Assembly: GCA_016839445.1 (NCBI GenBank)
Contig: JAEOUG010000081.1
Span: forward strand, 1-10,169
Length of the DNA stretch: 10,169 nucleotides
From: Candidatus Thorarchaeota archaeon
GTDB taxonomy: Archaea > Asgardarchaeota > Thorarchaeia > Thorarchaeales > Thorarchaeaceae
Direction: 5' to 3'
Part shown: one piece after another, positions 6,191-10,169 of the stretch
Numbering within the stretch: position 1 is the first letter of the stretch
Layout: each line of letters opens with the position of its first letter
Program-made: the position numbers and the translations under genes
The notes under the pieces: model-generated
What the model was told of the DNA's origin: nothing
The model's input: only the letters and a program-made list of their open reading frames with translations
The model's database searches: none

Positions 6191-7906
6191 TCACCTAGGT
6201 GTACGTTCTCTTCGTCGCCTAACAATCTTGTTGCATGATTGGATTGCTGGGCATCCTTCGCAATCTGTCGGCACATCTTCTACAACCTGCTCTCCACCGT
6301 AGTGCAGGAAGTGCTCAGCGACCTCAGAGTCCTTCGTCTTGACCTCTTCTCCCTTCTCTGACCGTTTCTCCACCATGCACTTCAGGTCTTTGAGTTTCTC
6401 TGAGAGTTTCTCGATGTCTCCTCGGACAACTACTGCTGTGGGCCCAACCTGTCTTATGACGTTCTTCTTGAACTCAGGCTGTATCATCATGTTGTCCATG
6501 TCCTTCTTGCTCTCTGTTTCGAATAGGGTCACCTCGCTTAGAGTAGCAAAGGTCGTTTGAGATGTCCAATCCTGTATCGACCGAGCGACATTGCGGGGTA
6601 CTGGCTTGCTGCTCTCTCTCTCAAGGAAACCGAGGATATCATCAGCCCGGAGACCTAGTTCTATCGCTTCAAAGACTGATTTGCCAGTTATCTTGAAGGA
6701 GCTAACCACATCAGTGCGCACGGGCTCAGTAATCAGCATCAGTCTATACAGGTTCTCGTACTTCATTTCGGCCGTGAAGACAGTTACATCGAAGTTGGGC
6801 TGTACGAAGAAGGTCTCATCCACCGGGGGTCTCTCTGGCTTCTTGTTCAGAAGAACAGCGGCTCCTATGTCAGTCAACCTGACTGCCAGCAACTTCTTTC
6901 CTCGATATGCACCCTCAATGATTCCAAGAAGCAATGGCGTTTCGAGAGAAAGCTGTACTCTTTCTTCATTGACCTGTATCCACTTCAGAGGTTGGTTGTC
7001 GATGAAGAGCTCGCTTCTGATCCAGTCGCGTAGCTCCTCCAGACTTACCCAATCTTCAGCTTTGCTCTCCCGAAGCCTGCAGATGGCAAGATTCAACGTG
7101 TATTCGGTGGGCTGGTCCGGGGTTGCCCAGATTGCCCTAGTCCTCCCGAGAGATGCAAGCAAGATTCGGCGAGCCACCTGATGCTGCTCTCCTGAGAAGA
7201 GAACATCTGGGTTGTTGGCGATGACATGGTCTTCTTCAACAATCGAGTAGGCCCCTGCTTTCCGAGCTGTCTTCTGAACTAGCTCGAAGCGCTCATCGGT
7301 AGGATTGGACATTGCGGCCTTGATTTGGTCGATCTCTCTTCTCGGGAATTCCCATGCCGATGTCATCCTCACCTCGTTCTTAGAGATATGCGCAATTAGG
7401 AGAAGCATGTCAATTAGCAATGCATCTCGCTCATTCTCCACCGTCTTTGTCTTCTTGGGCTTCTCCGGCTGTGGCTCGGGCCTAGCAGAGAAGTGTTCCT
7501 CAAGGTGTGGCATGAAGTAGTCAAGCACTTTGAACTCTGCGACCTCTCTTCCAAACTCAGTCACTCGGCTCATCATGCGTCGGATGATGATTCCTTTTCT
7601 GCGGAGATCCTTCTCCGTCTGGTTGAGCTGTCCATAGCTGTAGATCTTCCTGAACGGCTTCAGCCTGTCGTAGCTCATTGCCCCATCATTCAGCACAAGC
7701 ATTCCCAGAAGATCGCGTTCAATGTCCGAGAGTGAACCGAAGATGCGTTCTCTGGCCTCAGGATTCCGCATCCTCTTAGCTAGCATCTTGATTAGAGAGT
7801 CTCCGCTGTCCTTGCCTGTGACCTCGATATCCCAATACTGGCAGGCGTACAGCAGGTCCTCTCGAAGAATGTGTTCAATCTCACCCTCTAGCGATTCCTT
7901 AGGCAT
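6191..7906 (-). CDS. Helicase-associated domain protein (XPB/Ssl2-NTD-like, Helicase_C_3); Tfb2/p52-like architecture; no helicase motifs
   Basis: aa 366-447 (nt 6811-6566), FFVQPNFDV...FKITGKSVFEAIELGLRADDILGFLERESSKPVPRNVARSIQDW, is a typical Helicase_C_3 pattern. The N-terminal region is helical and wHTH-like. No Walker A or DExH motif. C-terminal CEGCPAIQSC. Confidence 0.85.
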   Translation of the reverse strand: MPKESLEGEIEHILREDLLYACQYWDIEVTGKDSGDSLIKMLAKRMRNPEARERIFGSLSDIERDLLGMLVLNDGAMSYDRLKPFRKIYSYGQLNQTEKDLRRKGIIIRRMMSRVTEFGREVAEFKVLDYFMPHLEEHFSARPEPQPEKPKKTKTVENERDALLIDMLLLIAHISKNEVRMTSAWEFPRREIDQIKAAMSNPTDERFELVQKTARKAGAYSIVEEDHVIANNPDVLFSGEQHQVARRILLASLGRTRAIWATPDQPTEYTLNLAICRLRESKAEDWVSLEELRDWIRSELFIDNQPLKWIQVNEERVQLSLETPLLLGIIEGAYRGKKLLAVRLTDIGAAVLLNKKPERPPVDETFFVQPNFDVTVFTAEMKYENLYRLMLITEPVRTDVVSSFKITGKSVFEAIELGLRADDILGFLERESSKPVPRNVARSIQDWTSQTTFATLSEVTLFETESKKDMDNMMIQPEFKKNVIRQVGPTAVVVRGDIEKLSEKLKDLKCMVEKRSEKGEEVKTKDSEVAEHFLHYGGEQVVEDVPTDCEGCPAIQSCNKIVRRRRERTPR

Positions 7907-8066
7907 ATCAAACAGCTCAACATGAGTCTTGAAATGGCAAGGGCCCAGCTTTTTTGTGTTTAAGATGCTTTTGGTCTATGTGCCATGAGCTTGTCCTTTT
8001 GCTCGCTCGGAGGAAGAAACAAGCTTATGTACTGTCCTCCTGTCAATAGACTTCAGGGTATTCTCA
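7907..8066. promoter_or_regulatory. Divergent promoter region between the XPB-NTD gene and the RFC gene
   Basis: 160-bp intergenic gap with CTTAAAC on the minus strand (7964-7958) and a purine-rich GAAGAAACAAG followed by CTTATGT on the plus strand (8024-8030). Confidence 0.5.
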
Positions 8067-9173
8067 TTGGAACCTCTTCTCTGGTGTGTCAAGTATAGGC
8101 CACGTTCATGGGATGACTTCGTAGGTCAGGACAGGGCAATCAACCAGCTTAGGGGGCTGGCTGCGTCAAAGACACTCACCAACATGATCTTCTATGGACC
8201 GGTTGGGACCGGGAAAAGCGCGGCAGCCGAGGTCTTCGCCAGGGAGTTACTTGGAGCGAGTTACGACTCCAACTACATGATGCTAAACATTCGTGATGTG
8301 TGGGATACGCCGGCTTCAAAGGCCAAGAGATCAGTCCAAGACCTGGCAAAGATCGAGAGAGGAAAGCGAAGCCGTCTAGACGAATACATGTCTGTCATCT
8401 ATCGAGAGGCCAAGGCGGCGAGAAGCGCACGAGGACGCTCTGGAGAGCCAACTCGAACCCAGCTTGTTCAAGAAGCAATCCGCTTCTTCGCCTCGACTGC
8501 GACGGTGTCTGACTTCAGTGTGAAGCTTCTCGTCTTGGATGACGCTGATGCGCTCACCTTCAGCCTGCAACAGGCTCTGCGCAGAACCATGGAGATGTAC
8601 AGTGACATCTGCAGGTTCCTCCTGATCACTCCTTCACTAGCAGGATGGAGTCCTGCTATTCTCTCCAGGTGCAATATAGTCCGGTTTCCGGGAGCCTCTG
8701 AGGATGACGTTTCTTCACTTGTCGAGGGGATTGCCAAACGTGAGAGTGTGAAGGTTGATGAAGGTGGCATCCGGGCAATCGCAAAGGAGTCCAATGGAGA
8801 CATGCGGAAGGCAATCAATCTGCTCCAAGTAGCTGCTGCCGCAAGTCCCGTAGTGAACGAGGACGCTGTCTATGAGAACTCGGAGACCCTACTTGCATCA
8901 ACGGTGAGGAAGATTGTCAGCAGTTCCATCGCTGGGGACTATGACTCCGCAAGGAAGAACCTGCGACGCCTGCTGGCTCTTGAAGGGTACTCTCCGCAGG
9001 AGATCTGTCTTGAGATAGAGCGGGACATCGTGAAGCGTCCTCTCGAGCCCCGTCTCATGGAGCAGATACTGGATCGGATCGCGGAGATTGACTTCAGGAT
9101 GACACAGGGCAAGAACGCTTTCATTCATCTGACGGCACTGCTCGCCTCAATACGGGCAATGACTGCGAGCTAG
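8067..9173 (+). CDS. rfcS: Replication factor C small subunit, atypical (RFC-S2-like) clamp-loader AAA+ protein
   Basis: WCVKYRP (RFC box II), Walker A GPVGTGKS (aa 44-51), Walker B variant VLDDAD (DDAD at aa 158-161), QQALRRTME, SRC arginine finger (aa 200-202), GDMRKAINLLQ sensor 2 and a C-terminal collar domain. TTG start. Confidence 0.9.
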   Translation: MEPLLWCVKYRPRSWDDFVGQDRAINQLRGLAASKTLTNMIFYGPVGTGKSAAAEVFARELLGASYDSNYMMLNIRDVWDTPASKAKRSVQDLAKIERGKRSRLDEYMSVIYREAKAARSARGRSGEPTRTQLVQEAIRFFASTATVSDFSVKLLVLDDADALTFSLQQALRRTMEMYSDICRFLLITPSLAGWSPAILSRCNIVRFPGASEDDVSSLVEGIAKRESVKVDEGGIRAIAKESNGDMRKAINLLQVAAAASPVVNEDAVYENSETLLASTVRKIVSSSIAGDYDSARKNLRRLLALEGYSPQEICLEIERDIVKRPLEPRLMEQILDRIAEIDFRMTQGKNAFIHLTALLASIRAMTAS

Positions 9174-9175
9174 GC

Positions 9176-9463
9176 TTAGACAAGTGGCTCGACATCCTCT
9201 CTGACGCTCACTTTTCCACCCAGACTGGCAGTAAGATTGTAAGGGAGCTCTTGTTCTGAGTAAACGAACTCGGAACTGAGTCTGCCATTCTCGCTGCTAA
9301 CCATCTCGTTCTCCAAGGCGAGCGTCAACATTCGCCTGATGTCCGATGGGCGGCCGTACCTGCAACGGAACGAGAGGAAGTCAACGGCATCTTCCACATG
9401 GATCGGATTTCCCATCTTGCGAAACATGTGAGCTAGGAGCAGGAGGATGTGCCGTCCGTTCAT
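9176..9463 (-). CDS. DUF2240-like small archaeal protein (winged-helix-like)
   Basis: LSFRCRYGRPSDIRRMLTLALENEMVSSENGRLSSEFVYSEQELPYNL matches my recollection of the DUF2240 N-terminal pattern (LS.....f.P.....l...A....l......l...Fd......P). Family assignment needs an HMM check. Confidence 0.65.
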   Translation of the reverse strand: MNGRHILLLLAHMFRKMGNPIHVEDAVDFLSFRCRYGRPSDIRRMLTLALENEMVSSENGRLSSEFVYSEQELPYNLTASLGGKVSVREDVEPLV

Positions 9464-9513
9464 GTCCGTTTCGCAGCTCGACAGGCTTTTAGAGGTTGCC
9501 GAGCAGGCCTCGC

Positions 9514-10169
9514 ATGGCGATGAATGGCGCGACTGACGTTGTGCACGGTCACACTCTCATGGAGCTAGCAGCCCTACTTGAGGAGACATGGCCCGGGATT
9601 CACGCCAGACCCAGTCTGAGCCTGTCCGGCAGCAGAGGCCTATCCAACGTCAATCTCCTGGGAGAGGTTGATGGTCTTCGATTCGTCTTGAAGCTCCCAT
9701 GGAGAATGGGATTCTCTGATTCAGATCCATATGCAGTCCTCAATGATGTCTCTTCCCACGTGGCCGGGAATGGCCTCGGGCCTAGACCATTGGCACACGG
9801 CCGCTTCTCGGATGATAACCGGACTCCCTTCATTGCCCTTGAGTATCTTGATGGACTCACGGTGAGTTCAGTTCAGGAGCTTGCTCCAGAGCGAATTCAA
9901 GAATTGTGTACTGCTCTGGCGAGGCTCAAGTCGTTGAAGCCTCCAAGAGCCGTGTTGTATGAAACGCCTAGAGCGTACGTCGATTCTCTATATGGTCGCC
10001 TGCACGGTTATTCGCAAGACGCATTGGTGGCTGATGGCTTGGCAATGGAGTTCAACTGTGTACAGGACGACCTCTTGGATTTCTCCTCTGAGATTCAACA
10101 ATGGTCAGGTCTCTTTATGCATGGAGATCTTCATGAAGGGAACATTGTGTTCACTGAAGGCGGTGTTCG
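9514..10169 (+). CDS. Aminoglycoside phosphotransferase/choline kinase-like (APH family) kinase, partial (3' end runs off the window)
   Basis: Not in the ORF track. Frame 1 is open from ATG 9514/9520 to the window end: ...RGLSNVNLL...FVLKLP...GLGPRPL...FIALEYLDG...FMHGDLHEGNIVF. The Brenner motif HGDxxxxN is at 10120-10143. Confidence 0.9.
   Translation, partial: MAMNGATDVVHGHTLMELAALLEETWPGIHARPSLSLSGSRGLSNVNLLGEVDGLRFVLKLPWRMGFSDSDPYAVLNDVSSHVAGNGLGPRPLAHGRFSDDNRTPFIALEYLDGLTVSSVQELAPERIQELCTALARLKSLKPPRAVLYETPRAYVDSLYGRLHGYSQDALVADGLAMEFNCVQDDLLDFSSEIQQWSGLFMHGDLHEGNIVFTEGGV

Noticed and set aside
6191-7906. Calling this gene an XPB helicase or a WYL/Cas4 defence protein
   Set aside because: No Walker A or DExH motifs, no evident WYL domain, no PD-(D/E)xK nuclease motif, and no CRISPR array or cas genes in the window.
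7921-7993. CATGAGTCTTG / CATGAGCTTG imperfect direct repeat and T6 tract at 7950-7955
   Set aside because: Only two short imperfect copies, and the T-tract does not follow a plus-strand gene, so it is not a terminator.
8298-8465. Intein or mini-intein in RFC
   Set aside because: No N-terminal C/S block or C-terminal HN-C/S/T, too short, and not at the Walker A insertion site typical of RFC inteins.
217-9860. Short overlapping or antisense ORFs in the track (e.g. 217-564, 2020-2544, 5187-5561, 6591-7181, 8468-8818, 9600-9860)
   Set aside because: They are shadows of well-supported genes, with no recognisable motifs.
1-10169. tRNA/rRNA genes, CRISPR arrays, IS elements, prophage
   Set aside because: Intergenic gaps are at most about 160 nt and explained by promoters; no repeat arrays, transposases, integrases or terminal inverted repeats were seen.

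Overview
A gene-dense archaeal chromosomal window. RFC, DUF2240, TATA-like boxes and GGAGG/GGTGA ribosome-binding sites point to an archaeon; an Asgard lineage such as Thorarchaeia is my inference, not demonstrated. From left to right it holds: two tandem BCP/PrxQ peroxiredoxins (- strand, the second cut by the window edge and absent from the ORF track); three adjacent, highly diverged but recognisably paralogous 4-TM membrane proteins (+); two unknown membrane proteins (-); a probable operon (-) of an XPB-NTD/Helicase_C_3 protein with TFIIH-p52-like architecture and a C-terminal CxxCx5C motif, followed by a core (MetE C-terminal-like) methionine synthase; a divergently transcribed atypical RFC small subunit with a ~50-aa basic insertion and degenerate Walker B/sensor 1; a short DUF2240-like gene; and a partial APH/choline-kinase-like phosphotransferase (also absent from the ORF track). 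I saw no RNA genes, CRISPR arrays or mobile elements. The best leads are the paralogous membrane-protein trio, the p52-like protein and the non-canonical RFC subunit.
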